Shown one piece after another: positions 10,246 through 23,569 of a DNA stretch of 64,000 nucleotides. Numbering within the stretch: the first letter of the stretch is position 1; every line of letters begins with the position of its first letter. The DNA lies in the NCBI GenBank assembly GCA_013265495.1, contig MU058009.1, positions 2,544,001-2,608,000 of the forward strand, in the 5' to 3' direction. Both the position numbers and the translations under genes were made by a program. The notes under the pieces were generated by a model. The model did not search any database, was not told the origin of the DNA, and saw only the letters and a list, made by a program, of their open reading frames with translations. The DNA is from Vicugna vicugna. Taxonomy: Eukaryota.

Positions 10246-11849
10246 CTGGACAATGATTAATCGTAAAGCCATTAGCACTGTCCGTCTGAGTCAGCGGGCG
10301 CCTGTGCACACAGAACCCAGGTCTCGGTGGAAGAGGCTCTGCACACCAGCTCCCTTCCAGGCCCTGGAGAAATCACCTCCGTTCCCATCCTGGGTGGTAA
10401 TGAGCAGTCTGTGCTCATCTTCGCTGTTTCAGTCCCACATCTGGGCTCCTCTGGTGCCAGCGAGAGATTCAAACCCCACAAGGCCCTGGCCATGTGCTCG
10501 GGACCCACATGCTGACCCCACCCCTTCACCTCAAGTCCCATTTCCTTGCTCTCTCAAGCTCTTCCAAACCTGCTTGACAGGCCTGCCCTGTCCCCCCAGA
10601 GACTCTGAATATGGAAGTCACCCTTTCCATGACCTCTTAGAACACAGGTGCCATCACTAGTCTCTACAGTGGCACTCGGTTTCGGGTGGGGGGGTCCCTC
10701 CTGCCTTTGCAGGGTGGCCACAACATAGCGCAGGTGGAGAGACCTGACCCACTGTCAACCACGTGGCTTTGAACTGAACATGTGGTCCAGGATGCAGCTG
10801 GTGGGATTCAATGGGTAACGGCTCTCCTTTCACACACTCCAGAGGCAGAGGTTTGTAAGTAAGAAGGACAGAGATGCCCGTTTGTTTCATCACGCTGAAG
10901 GTGGTCTTTTGCAAGTAAGTCACGGTTTGGGTCATGCGTTGGATTAATGCAACTTTACCAAGTACACGGGCAGAAAATAAATGGCACCTTAAAAAGGTCT
11001 CTCTCCTCCTAAATAAGCGTCAGGGGCTGTATACCGCCCAGATTCCTCTTACGCAGCCAATTTCCCCTGCCCCGTTAGCGTGATTAGTCATACTCAAGCC
11101 ATGTCCCCTTCCTGTTCAATAAATAAGACACATGTCTCCAAATGTCTACTCCCCTTTTCTTTATCTTTCCCCACCTAGAATGCTCTCCCCTCAGCAATCT
11201 TCCAAATAAACCCTGTCATCCTCCGCTTTCTCCTGAACCATCTCTGTTCTCTGCTCTGACCTCCCGCTCCACGACACCGTGCAGCCTGGCTTCGCAGTTC
11301 ACTGCTGCACCCAGCAGGCAGCCCCATGGCTTTGGACTAGCTCACGGGTGGCTCAGGTGGGGTCAAGCCCTCCCCGACTTTCCACTCAGGTTAGACAAAG
11401 TCAGTCTACCCTCTGCCACGTGAAGACAGTTGCTCCAGTATGTCAAGACCAAAACCTCTAATTCACTGAATCATTTCTCACATGGCCAGCCTTGCTTTGT
11501 GCTGACAACTGCCATGTTCTACTGCAGACCCGTTCTGCGGGTGTAGGTAACTGAAACCCCTGAGTCCTCGTGTCCTCTCAAAGAGCGTACTGAACCATGT
11601 GTCTCCTCCTCAAGACTTAGCTGGTTTTTACGTAAATGGGCATTTACCTCCAGTAAATTTCATTTTACTGCATTTTCCGTCCCTCCAGTCTGCCAAGATC
11701 CTTTCGAATCTCGGTTCTGACATCTCACACCTTAGCTATCCCTCATGGCTTTGTACCCACTGCCAAAAAACATCTACTCTTCAATTACTGTGCATTTTCA
11801 CTTGAGCCCGGCTTGCCTCTCCAACTGCACTCAGGGAAGTAGACCATAC

Positions 11850-12050
11850 GCTTTGGAGTCAGATTTGGCTCAGAATCTTGGCTCCACTGCTTAGCAAGTT
11901 AATAAACTTCTCTGAACCTGTTTCTTTATCTTTAACCTGTAAAGTGGGCACAAGACTTACCTCATAGGTTGTTGTGAGGATTAAATGGAACAATGTGTAT
12001 ATGAGACCAGTAGTAGAACGCCTGGCATTGAGTAAGTGCGTAATATTTAT
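11850..12050 (+). mobile_element. MIR
   Basis: ctttggagtcaga...cttctctgaacctgtttc...ctgtaaagtggg...acctcataggttgttgtgaggattaaatg. Confidence 0.85.
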
Positions 12051-12146
12051 TTTTATTACTATCATCATCGTTGTCTTCATCATAAGTTCTTTAAAGGACT
12101 GAGGTGACATCATGTATTTAATCTACAACCTTAAGAGGCTGCTGGG

Positions 12147-13377
12147 TTTAAAGACTTAAATATAAGACATGAGACCATAAAACTCCTAGAAGAGAACCAT
12201 AGTCAAAACATTCTCCGACATAAATTGTAACAATATTTTCCTAGGTCAGTCTCTCAAGGCAAAAGAATCAAAAGCAAAAATAAACAAATGGGACCTAATC
12301 AAACTTAAAAGCTCTTGCACAGCAAAACAAAATAAAATGAGACGACAACCTACAGAATGGGAGAAAATATTCATAAACAATGCAATTGACAAAGGGGTTA
12401 ATTTCCAAAATATACAAACAGCTCATACAATTCAATATCAAAAAAACAAACAGCCTAGTCAAAAAAATGGGCAGAAGACCTAAACAGACATCTCTCCAAA
12501 GGAGACATACAGATGGCCAACAGGTACATGAAAAGATGCTCAACATCGCCAATTATTAGAGAAATGCAAATCTAAACTACTATGAGGTATCACCTCGCAC
12601 CAGTCAGAATGGCCATCACCAAAAAGTCTACAAATAATAAATGCTTGAGAGGGTGTGGAGAAAAGGGAACCCTCCTACACTGCTGGTGGGAACTTAAATT
12701 GAGGCAGCCACTATGGAAAACAATATGGAGATTCCTCAAAAAACTAAAAATAGAGTTGCCATATGATCGAGCAATTCCACTCCTGGGCACATATCTGGAA
12801 AGGACAAAAACTCTAATTTGAAAAGATACATGCACCCCAATGTTCACAGCAGCACTATTCACAACAGCCAAGACATGGAAGCAACCTAAATGTCCACAGA
12901 CAGATGAATAGATAAAGAAGATGTGGTCTATATACACAAAGGAATAATACTCAGCCATAAAAAATGACATACTGCCATTTGCCACAGCATGGATGGACCT
13001 AGACATTATCATACTGAGTCAAAGTAAAATAGAGAAAGACAAATACCATATGATACCACTTCTTTGTGGAATCTAAAGTGTGATACAAATGAACTTATTT
13101 ACAAAACAGACATAGAAAAAAATTATGGTGACCAAAGGGGAAAGCAGGGGAGGGATAAATTAGGAATTTGGGATTAACAGACATACACCACTATTTATAA
13201 AACAGATAAACAATAATGGTTTGCTGTAGAGCACAGGGAACTATATTCAATATCTTATAATAACCTATAATGGAAAAGAATCTGAAAAACTAAATATATG
13301 TATAACTGAATCACTTTGTTGTACACCTGAAACCAACACAATATTGTAAGTCAACTATACTTCAATTAAAAAAAAAA
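12147..13377 (+). mobile_element. 5'-truncated L1 (ORF2 C-terminus, 3' UTR, poly-A)
   Basis: ORF 12582-12821 [15 protein letters not shown]...[13 protein letters not shown]...[27 protein letters not shown] is the L1 ORF2 C-terminal region; imperfect TSD aa(g/a)aggc(t/c)gctggg at 12133-12146 and 13374-13387. Confidence 0.95.
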
Positions 13378-15659
13378 GGCCGCTGGGCAGGTAGCATGTA
13401 TTCAATGAAAAGTAGTATGTGGGAATATATTTGGCCCTCTGGGAAATGACATCAATCCCTTTAGGCATCTAAAGGAACTCTGGGGCTATTCACAGAAACA
13501 TCCATGAATCTACGTTTTGCATCTAAGAACTTAAACTCTACAGAGAAACAGTATGTGTGTGTTTACAGGATCTGACCTGCTATGGCAGTTAAAGGTCACT
13601 GCCCAACACCTGAAACCCTCAGGCTCCAGAAAGCAGATAAAACCAGTTACCTCATATCGCATGTGCATGTTTTAACATGCATTCCTGTGACCTAGGAGCC
13701 CAGACTGTTACGTGACATTCCGCCTGTAGCTCAGGGCCTTTCAGAAGTCTATACAGGAGGACAACGTTCGGGGAGATGCTTCTGCTTCAACTTCAACCAC
13801 AACAGAATAAAATGCCCACTGAGGTGAGGACTCGACAAGGAAACGAGCAGGGACCTCTGGTGATGAAACTGTGTTTGCCCCGCTCTGCATCCACACTGAC
13901 CCTCGGCTCCCACGGGCTGCGTCGGAGCGCAGCTTCGATATCACACTTTACTCCATGCCACTTCAGTTTTACACCAGCATTAGTGATGAATGTTATCACA
14001 CACTGAACAAACCAAAGCGTAGATCCAACCGCTATCCGCATACATTCTCTATCTCCTTGCAGAGCCAACCTGAAAGAATGAATTCAGCAACTCAGGGTTA
14101 CTCCCAAGAAGCTGCACTGTATTTTCTACCAACACATGCTGCTGGAAAGACTGTGGTCGGGCAAGTCTGGCTCCTGGCCACTGCTGAGAAAGCTGACATT
14201 AAAACAGACCAACAACCTCCTCGTCCCCGGGCTGGAACCCTCCTCAGAGGCTGTGGCAAGGCGCAGGCTGGAACACGCCAGCATCACCTAGAGGCACTGC
14301 GGCTAAAGCACAAGCTGAAGGTACACCTGCATTATGCAACCATTGAAAAGGCATGGAGAGTGTGGGTGATAATCGTTTCTAGGTAAGAACTGGGTATTCG
14401 AGATGGCATAGACCATAGCACACGGTAGGTATGCATTACCGATTTTTTAAACTAACAATTCAAATTCAACTGACATTTCCTGAGTGCCAGGCATGTATCT
14501 AAATTCTCTAAATTCCTCTGAGGCCAGATAACTTGACCACACAGCTCCTGGGTGGCAGAGATGAAACTCACATACTGACTCTGCCCTGCTTTTCCAGTCC
14601 ATCACAATGGCCCCTGCAGAGGCCAGTCTATTCAGGGAGGAGGTGAATACCACACACACCTTGAGTACCAGAGCAACCAGGCAACACACCTGCTCCTGGG
14701 GCAGCCGCCAGGCAGCAGGACGGTGAGCAGTTCTACTTAAAGGAAGAGAACGGTAACAAAAATTAGTTTACTCCTGTGCATTTTGTCACAGACAATAAAA
14801 CGTGGCGAGAGGAAAAGGAATTTGTTAAACTCATGGTACATTTTCTCCTTCCCACTTAACATCACTCTCTGTAATTATTTCTGAACTACATAATGCATTT
14901 CCGGATACAATTTATCTGAGAGTGAAATATGAGACTACACTGGACGGCGGCGAACACAACAGAATGCTCTGGATCCCTGCTGAGACCAGTGCTGAGGGCA
15001 GCATATTTTCCTCCCAGTGTGTGGGGAGTCACACATGCTCCTTTTCAGAAACAAAGCGGAGACCATGCTTCTAGGTCTGGAGAGAACCGGGGCCTTCCTT
15101 ACGGACAGGGGAACGCATATATGAAAAAGGCTTCCAATGGATTTTTGCCACCACTTAAAATAATTGAAAATAGGAACCTTCTTGCAAAAGAAAAAGAAAA
15201 AGAAAAAGAAAAAGCCCCTGTCATCTAGGTTAAACTCCCATGCCAACTTCTATCCAGAATTTATCCAGGTCATGGAATAAACTGACAGTCACCGAAGTGC
15301 CACAGCCAGAAATGAAACTGTGCCAGCTGAGAGGAAGCTGCAGTGGAGACAGAGGCTAAGCCCACAGTTACACCGCCTGGGATGCCGGGTTCACGGAGCC
15401 ATCTGAGGGCAACTTTCCTTCTGTACAAACATGAAACAGTCAGATTGTTTCTGGAGACTGGGGAAGATGAAGGGCCCTTTGAGGTGCAAAAGGTGACAAA
15501 ACCTCTCATTAAAACGATGCCTTAATATTAAAGCAACAAAATACCATTTTGCTCATCAGATTGGCAAAATTTTAAAAGAATGCAAATGCCCAATGTGGCA
15601 AGGGCATGTGGAAGTAGGCGGTCTCATATAAATTTTTTCAGCATCTGAAAAGCTATTTA

Positions 15660-16520
15660 GAATATCAAAATAACTCTCCCATGTATAATGACAAATTTCA
15701 CATGTACATCAAATAGAGAGAACAGTAGAATAAATGTTACGTACCTATCACTCAGCCCCAACAATGGTCAACTCATGGCTCACCTTACTTCACCTGTCCT
15801 CCCAGCCACTGTTCCCCTCACGAGACTGTTTTGAAACAAACCTTAAACGTTATACATTTTCATTTCTAGGTAGTTCAGTAGCTCTGTCTAGAAGAAAAGG
15901 ATTTCTAGACTTCACATACTGTCGCACCTAAAAAATAGTCTTTCCTTAATATCACCAATATCCAGTTGTTGTCAGGATTTCCCCAACTGTCTCATAACTT
16001 TTTTTTTTTTTACAGTTGGTTTGTTCAAATAAGGACCCACACAAGGTCCGCATACTGCATCTGACTGATACATCTCTAAAGTCTCCTTTAATCTGTAAGC
16101 TCCCATTTCTCTTCTTTTTCTCCACAATTTGCCTGTGGGCGAAACCAGGCCATTTGTCCTGTAGGGTATCCCACAGTCTGGCCATGCTGGATGTGTCCTT
16201 GCCCGTCTTGTAACTTATCCCACTTTGTCTGTGCTTCCTACAACGTGGCAGTGAAAGCTACAGACTCAGTCAGATTCAGGTTCCGTTTTGGGGGAGGAAC
16301 ACTTTTTACGTGGTTAAAATGCAGGAGGAGGTTCATTACACCAGGAGGCCTGTGATGAATGCTCTCCAACGTGCAGAGGGGTGAGCTGATCTATTCATTA
16401 CAAAGTGCCTCATCAGCTTTTTCCTGACAGCAGGAGATGAAAAATGGTGATGCTCTAAGCCAATCATCCCCCTCCTTTATTTATTACTTGGATGCTTCTG
16501 TGATGAAATTTCCCTCATCA
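15660..16520 (-). mobile_element. Old L1MC-like fragment
   Basis: gtttgttcaaataaggacccacacaaggtcc...gaaaccaggccatttgtcctgtag motifs. Confidence 0.6.
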
Positions 16521-16529
16521 AGAATGGGG

Positions 16530-16760
16530 TTGGTGCCCTCATACAAGACCCAGAGAGCAGCCGCGTGCCTCCTGCCCTGGGACAGCACAGCAGGAGGCAG
16601 CCGTCTGTGAACGGGAGGAGGGCCCTCACCAGACAACAACCCTGTTGGCGCCTTGGTCTTGGACTTCCCAGCCTCCAGACCTCTGAGAAATCACCTTCTG
16701 TTGTTTATAAGCCACCCGGTGTTTGGCGTTCTGTGGTAGCAGCCCGGATGGACTAGTTGA
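16530..16760 (+). mobile_element. MLT1-like LTR fragment
   Basis: ccttggtcttggacttcccagcctccagac...ttctgttgtttataagccacccgg...gtagcagccc. Confidence 0.8.
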
Positions 16761-17633
16761 TAGACTTACCTCCCCCACAAACTGTAGATCACTACCCGCC
16801 AGGAATAAATGCAACCATAACTGACATGACAAGGAGCCCTAATTCTCTCTAAACTTCATAAATGACACTAACACAACTATTTTCATTTTTCAAATTTTAA
16901 AATGGAAGTATCCAAATCCTCTTCTAAAAAATTTAAAAAGCAGGAAGTGCTTACTAATGCGAATTTACTTGATAATCACTCGTGACACTGAGTGGTGCGG
17001 CCAAACAGCAATCACACCAGCCAACAAGAAAATAAAAGTATCTGGATTCGCGTCCCCTCCAGGGTGAGACCGACAGCACGCAGCTTCTGCACCTTCGGGA
17101 TCACGTTCACAGCGTGGAGGGAAGTAAGGAACGAGTCCCTCCAAGTCAAATATGGTAGATTAGAAACATGGATAAAAGGGAAGAAACGTTTTAAAAGGAA
17201 ATCAAGAAGAACGTCAGCTTCAGAAACTACAATGAGGAAGGCTGCCGCCACATGCCTTTACAAGTTAAGCAGGAATTTCCCCACAATATTCAAAAATAGA
17301 ACAAGTACTAAAATGTTTCCAAATTTCCATAAAGAGACACTTTTAACACTCGGGATTATTCTTTGGAACTTGAACCAATATCAAGTTGATATGCTTATTT
17401 TTTAATTTCCCTGACAAACCATTTTGCAATGCCAGGCTATCTCAATACATCCTGACTGAAGTGTGTTAAGTGTCCTGTTCTGCTTTGTTTTCACTAATGG
17501 AACTAGAGAATATTCTAAATACTTAAGAAACAGACACCCAGAGAACGCACAGTGCAGAGGGCTGGGGCATTCCAGGGAAGGGTAACTTCATAGCATCACC
17601 AAACAACAAAAAGGCAAAAAAGCAACTCCTTAC

Positions 17634-17693
17634 CTGCTGAGCTGTAGCATCCTGCTGGACATAAGCTACCTGGCCTGGGTCTGTAAACAGAGT
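17634..17693 (-). CDS. PRDM10: PRDM10 exon 4 (60 nt)
   Basis: Acceptor tttcgctctag|ACTCTG, donor CAG|gtaagg; encodes TLFTDPGQVAYVQQDATAQQ. Confidence 0.93.
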
Positions 17694-19356
17694 CTAGAGC
17701 GAAAAAACAAAAAATGATCAATAGATCTTTAGACAACTTGTCTACATGGAAAAAATTATCCTACTGCTAAGCACCAAGTCTTGAGAGAGTTAATTCCCAC
17801 ATAACTAGTAATACTTTCATTAATAAAGAAGAAACAAAGAGTAATCATACATTTAAAGCCTTTCATTCAGGTGGCTCCAAAGAGATTGCGTAAGCTAACC
17901 ACCCCCACTGGCGAACATACTTCCTACTTCACGATTTTACTCTAAAGCAAAGTCTCTCCTGAGACTGAATGTCGCAGCTAATTACAAAGGCATCCGTGAA
18001 TGAGGGTGCAGGCATTCACACGTAACACTGTATCACAGGGGGAGACTTGTAATTAAAAGAGGGTGGTTGCAGATACACCAACAGAAGAGTACTCTGTGCC
18101 CAAGGACTACAACTGTTTCAAACACAAACGCACACTCGTTAACCGAAGAGAAGTAGAAGGAAGGTGAACTGAATTTAACGTCCCGAGATTATTTTTTGGA
18201 CAAAGCCAGTAAAATCATAATTTCAAAAGTTCTCATTATAAACACATAATTTGGGTCATGATGCAGCAAAGCTAGCTAGAGGAAGGAAAATCTTCAGAAT
18301 TATTTTAGCCAGAGTATCTCCAATCCAGAAAAATACTCTTTTCTCTAAAGCTTTTAAAAGATTAATTTGCCCAAGGCTTTAGCAAACCCATGGGCATAAG
18401 AACTATAGTTAAGTGTTGATTCCAGAAAGTTGTAAAAGGGAATTTCAGCCCAGTGTCAGATTTCTTATATTTGGCATTAAAAAATTATCATAATTCGGAC
18501 ACTTAGTAACGTAGGAAAGAACTAAAAGCTAAGCACAAGTCACCCTTTACGTAATCTCTGCTAATATTGGCAGGGGATTAAAAACTGAGAAGGGACATTC
18601 CAAAAGTACCAGCTGACTATTAGGCGACTTCACCTCTGTATAGACTTGAAAGGTTCTTATTAGCTGGGTCCCCTTTCTTCTTGAGAGCGATGTGAGTCTC
18701 TTGATTAAATATTACGTGAGGGCACATTTTCATCACCAGGACCCTACTATAAAAGCATGGAACGGATTTCTCTTTAAATATGTTTAAAAGTGCTTTGTAC
18801 ATTGTAAAGTGCTAACAATACGAACTAACATTCATACATTGGGGAATATTCATGTCATGCATTTGGAAACTAACATTCAGAGTCACTGGGAAAAAAAAGG
18901 AGCTGTAACTTTTAGCTGCGCTTCCACACAGTCCTACAGACCAGCCAGTTGTCAGTAAAGAGCAGCTGGCAGGACCCCATGTTCACACGTTTAACGGAAA
19001 TGATCCGTATGTTTTCACGGGTCTATCTATGATAACAGTATACAGAACTAAATGCCACTTTTGGCCTGGCTCTTGGTAACTCAGAAAAGGCACCAAGCTG
19101 ATCATCTAGTCAGTCAATAGTCAGTGGAGAAGAGAACTCATTCGAGCCTGGTGCAGTAACTCCTTACTGCATTTAAATTTAAATAAATAAGCCATGTCTA
19201 CCTCTGCCAAGTTGGTTATCAGCTCCTTGACAGCACAAACCTTATCTGACCATTTTCTGCATCATCAGCAGCAAACAGCACCGTGACTACAGAATAAACC
19301 TAAGAAGCTGGTGAATTAACTGACTAACAAGCTATGAGCAACAGTGCTCCACGTGC

Positions 19357-19521
19357 CTGCGCAGCTTCCACGGGATGGATGTAGACCAGCGTGTGCTCCG
19401 GCCCATCCACTGACGCGTAGGAGGCACCATCTGCCGTGTACACCACCTGCTGCGGGGGGCGGACCTGGTCATCGGTGTAGACGATCTGGGCTACAGTGCC
19501 AGCGTCTGGAACAAAGTGCAC
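19357..19521 (-). CDS. PRDM10: PRDM10 exon 3 (165 nt), GC donor
   Basis: Acceptor ttttccccag|GTGCAC; encodes [12 protein letters not shown]...IHPVEAAQ; the in-frame donor is CAG|gcacgt. Confidence 0.92.
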
Positions 19522-21870
19522 CTGGGGAAAAAAGGCCAGCATGTATGTAGCAACCATCCTGGTGGAATGACACCTGTCTCACAAAGGTGTGTAAGTGACT
19601 GAGAACATTACACACTTGCATTTTTAAATGATCCCCAGTAAAAGGAGGATGCAACTAATACCCCTCTGTCTGCAGCAAGTCAGTGACTGGGGGATGGGAT
19701 CCAAGGACCCTGTGACTGGTTCACTGCTTAATATGAGGCAACCGATCTCAATTCCCTTCTGCCTCCAATGTCCAGTACAGGTATCTCTGCGGAGGAATAA
19801 TGAGGGAGAGGTTCACTGATGCTGGAAATGTGACAGAAGGTTCCTGGTTGACATTACCAGAATACAAAATACCAATTGTCCTGTAATGTGAAAAAAAATA
19901 TGTCAAGACTCAAAAGCCAGTTGCTTGCAACACATCATAAAAATTCTGCTTTACAACTAACAGTGCCTTTTGGCAAACATTAAAATAAACAAGGTCACTT
20001 TCCAACAAATTCTTTCGTGCTCAAGGCCGTTCTGGAGGGTTATCGGTGACCATTTGTGGACTCAGTGACCTTGCCAACTAGGTGAAGATACAAAAAATTT
20101 TAAGAAAGTACTTTTGAGGGGTTTTGGACAACTATTTCACTTGTCACCAGGGGAAATAATTTTCTATCTACCAAGAACTAAAGCAGAAACTGGACTTTGT
20201 AAAATGCTTTCTGAATAGTCAGCTTTGGAGGCTGAGTTCTTGAAGGCGAGTCTGGCACACAGTCTGACGTCTGATGTTGAAGGTGTGGAAGCCAATGGCC
20301 AAAGTCCACATTTGGGAGAAAAATGACTTCTGTGCTGATATTGAAGTTAGGCCCGCTTAGGGTGGAATCTCTTCTTCTGTCTTGGCTTAACACCTAACTT
20401 TTTCCATTTCAGTTTTTGCCAGTGGGGAACAGTAGATCCCAAAGACGACATAAGCTAATTCAATCCCCAGAAAGAAAACCGGAGGCCAAACACGGCCAAG
20501 AGCCCCAGGGATGAAGTCAGCTCCCGCTCCGTGCGGAGGTTCTGCGTCCAGCTTCTGCGCAGATCTCGTCTGCCCGTGGAGACGCAGTTTGGAAATCAGA
20601 AGACTGAGGCTTATAAGGCATTTGTGCTGTTTCGAGTGCTGCAAGATAATTTTGTGAGTTTAGACTTGTCCATTAACATTAAAATCTTGGACTAGTTTCA
20701 GTGCTTAGAAAAGGGAGAAAAATGTCTGCTCAAGAAGAGGGTTATCCAAGCTTTCCAGCTTGGCTGGCATCACCCTGCTTTCTAGTAACTCAGAACTCCT
20801 GGTTGGGAGGAGGAACACGGAGAAGGGGGTGGCAAGCTCTACTGTCCACCGCCTGATTGCCCACAAATGCGGGCCCTGTTTATTAATGGACTACGTTTTT
20901 GTTTATAAACAAAATGCAACAAAACATATAGAAAAATATACATGGAAACAGACTTCCAAACATTTTCCATGAGAACAAAAACAGCATCTCTAGTTCTTCT
21001 GACAGTATCATCTCTGGAATCTTTTTTCCCCAATATTCAGACTCAGACTTTAAAATCATACCTGATGACCGATTTTATTTATTGTTAATATTTATTATAT
21101 TGCTTAAGTTAAATAAAATGCATATATTTAAAGGTTTCAATGTTAACTTCCTGATTTTGATAATAATACTATGGTTATATAATTTGATGAAAATTAAATT
21201 ACAATGACATCTGTATTATAATGCTTTAAAAGGAAGTTTTATACTTTGGTCCCATATAAAGCATGGCTCCATAGGACTGCTGACTCTTCCCAAAATCCAA
21301 ATCAATATCCAAAATGTAGAGGTTGGCCTTTGCCAAGAACAGACAGAAGAGTGTGTAGCTAGTTACAATAGCCATTTGAAAGGCAGAGATCCCCCAATAC
21401 CACAGCTTTCAATAGGTGACTAACCTCCAGAGCTGTTGACTCAGTGGGACAACTTTCAGTTAGAGGATTATGTTCTGCGTTTGGAAAGAAAAGGGAAAGC
21501 CACTCACTTTATAGACAGAGTTGTACTTCCTCACCCAGGAAGAACCAAAGCCCTTTCCTGGATAACGTAAAGGAAACACTGTAGTTCGAGGCTTTCGGCA
21601 CCAATACCAGGAAATAAAACTGGAAGTGAAACAGGTGATGACAACAAGCTGGGGGGAAGGCAGGGAAGTCTGTGGGTAGGAAGCAACCCCACTAAACGGC
21701 AGTGACCGTGTTCGGAGCTTTCAAAGTGCTGAAACGCTGCCCTCTCCTTACGCGCCAGTTCCGCACGTCAGCGCCCTCCCATGTGCAGAGGCTGCCATTT
21801 CTCTATCTGTCAGCAAACTGAGCCCAACTGAAAACTGCCACCAACGCCAAGCTAGAAGACCACTCTTCAC

Positions 21871-21939
21871 CTGTGCAGCGCTCTCCTCGTGATCTGCAGG
21901 CGGAGGCCACACGTGTGAGCTATCGTCTTTGGAATCCAT
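21871..21939 (-). CDS. PRDM10: PRDM10 exon 2 coding part (69 nt, start codon)
   Basis: gggATGG at 21939 encodes MDSKDDSSHVWPPPADHEESAAQ; donor CAG|gtgaag. Confidence 0.92.
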
Positions 21940-22056
21940 CCCTTCCCTGCTGGACCGCTCCACGGCCGGGCACCTAGAGCCGCGCGGGCTGGGGGACAGT
22001 CATCTGTCTACCACGTGCATGTTCGCGAAGGACAAACGGGCCTCTCTGCAACGTGC
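21940..22056 (-). other. PRDM10: PRDM10 exon 2 5' UTR part
   Basis: Strong acceptor ttcctgttctctttttgcag|GCACG at 22057/22056. Confidence 0.8.
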
Positions 22057-23569
22057 CTGCAAAAAGAGAACAGGAACCAAGACTTCCCATGAATGAATAC
22101 ATTTTAATAAATTACAGTTTCATCCACAAAGAGGGGGAATAAAAAGCTTTGTAAAAGATAACACACCTGGGCAGAAGGCAGAAATGGAGAAATCACATGT
22201 ACTAATGATACAGTGGAGCGCGCGCTTGCCAGTTCTGGGCGCACCTTAGGTGGACGTACCCCTCATCGCAAACGCTGACAACAGTCCTCTTAATTCTCCT
22301 GATGAGGAGGACGAGGCCCCCGACGCTCAGTGCAGGTGAGTGAGGGGTTCACACCAAGTCTCACTGCTGCAGGGCCAGCTCACCCCTCCCTTGTGCACTT
22401 GTTTAGACACTGATTTCCTGTACCACCTACTTGAAATGAAAAGCAGAAGGAGAAAAGCCACATAGCAAGGGAAAGTGGCTGAATTTTCTGGGCCACCAGC
22501 TTGGTGAAAACAAACATAAACTTTGTTTTCCCATTTGGTCAATACAGGAGTGATCAGTGAACAAATCAAAAGCCCTATGAAACACCCACATGCACAATGT
22601 CCGCATCTGGGAACATCACTGCTTTCCAAATAGGCGTTTTACTCAATCTTCCCCTTCAGTGATGGTAAAACACTGGCATTTTAAAGGTCACATGAGACCT
22701 GCTGCAGACGGGGCAGCTGTGCCTGATCACCTCCTCCTGTGCCGTGCTGAAGTAGCACACAGATGGGAACACCACTCAGCTGGGGGTAAGAAAGAGCACT
22801 GCCCAGGACCCAGCCAGAATTTCCTCCATTATTAATGGAAATAAGCTGAGCAACATTCTTAGACTGCACATGTTCCAACAAGAATAGGGGCCGAAGAAGA
22901 CAGAAAAGCAACTGGAACACCTGATCTCCAGGCCTACATCTGGAACACAGAAGAGTCGTGTCCAAATCATCTGGGAGCTTCTTCTGAGACACTGAGCCAC
23001 CTGCTCCTGGTCGGCCTCAATGCTGCCACCCTCACCCCCAACACAAACACACACACACACACACACACTTGCCCTGCACACACACCCTGCCCTCTCCCCT
23101 CCATTCAGAGGGTGCTGGAAACAATGCCCACGCCATCAACAGGTGAACACGGAAACAAAGGGCCACAGGGGCACTTTCTGGAGAAATGGAAATCTTCTAC
23201 ATCTTATATCTAGATTGGGGTGGTGGTCACATGGGGAATTCATTGTCAAAAGTCATCAACCTATTCAATTAAAATATGTGAATTTTATCCTGTGTAAATT
23301 ATACCCTAACACAGTTGTTTTTTTTTTTTAAGCATACTGTGCTTATCTAGTAGTACTATTTAAGCACACGTAAAAGGCAGGGTGAGTTGTCTCGTATGTG
23401 AATTATACCTCAACAAAGCGGTTATATATTTTTTAAAAGGAACAAAAATATTAAGAAACCTAGGAATAAATATCACCAATAATATAAAGATCTATAGGAA
23501 GAAAAGCACAAAACTGACAAAAAGATGAAGGGCTCAGTATCACAAAATCATAAAATGTTCCAAATCAGA

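Noticed and set aside
9772..10660. Plus-strand ORFs of 139 and 257 aa
   Set aside because: Antisense shadows of the low-complexity acidic exon 5.
12582..13012. ORFs with protein-like sequence
   Set aside because: Disrupted L1 ORF2 remnant and its antisense frame.
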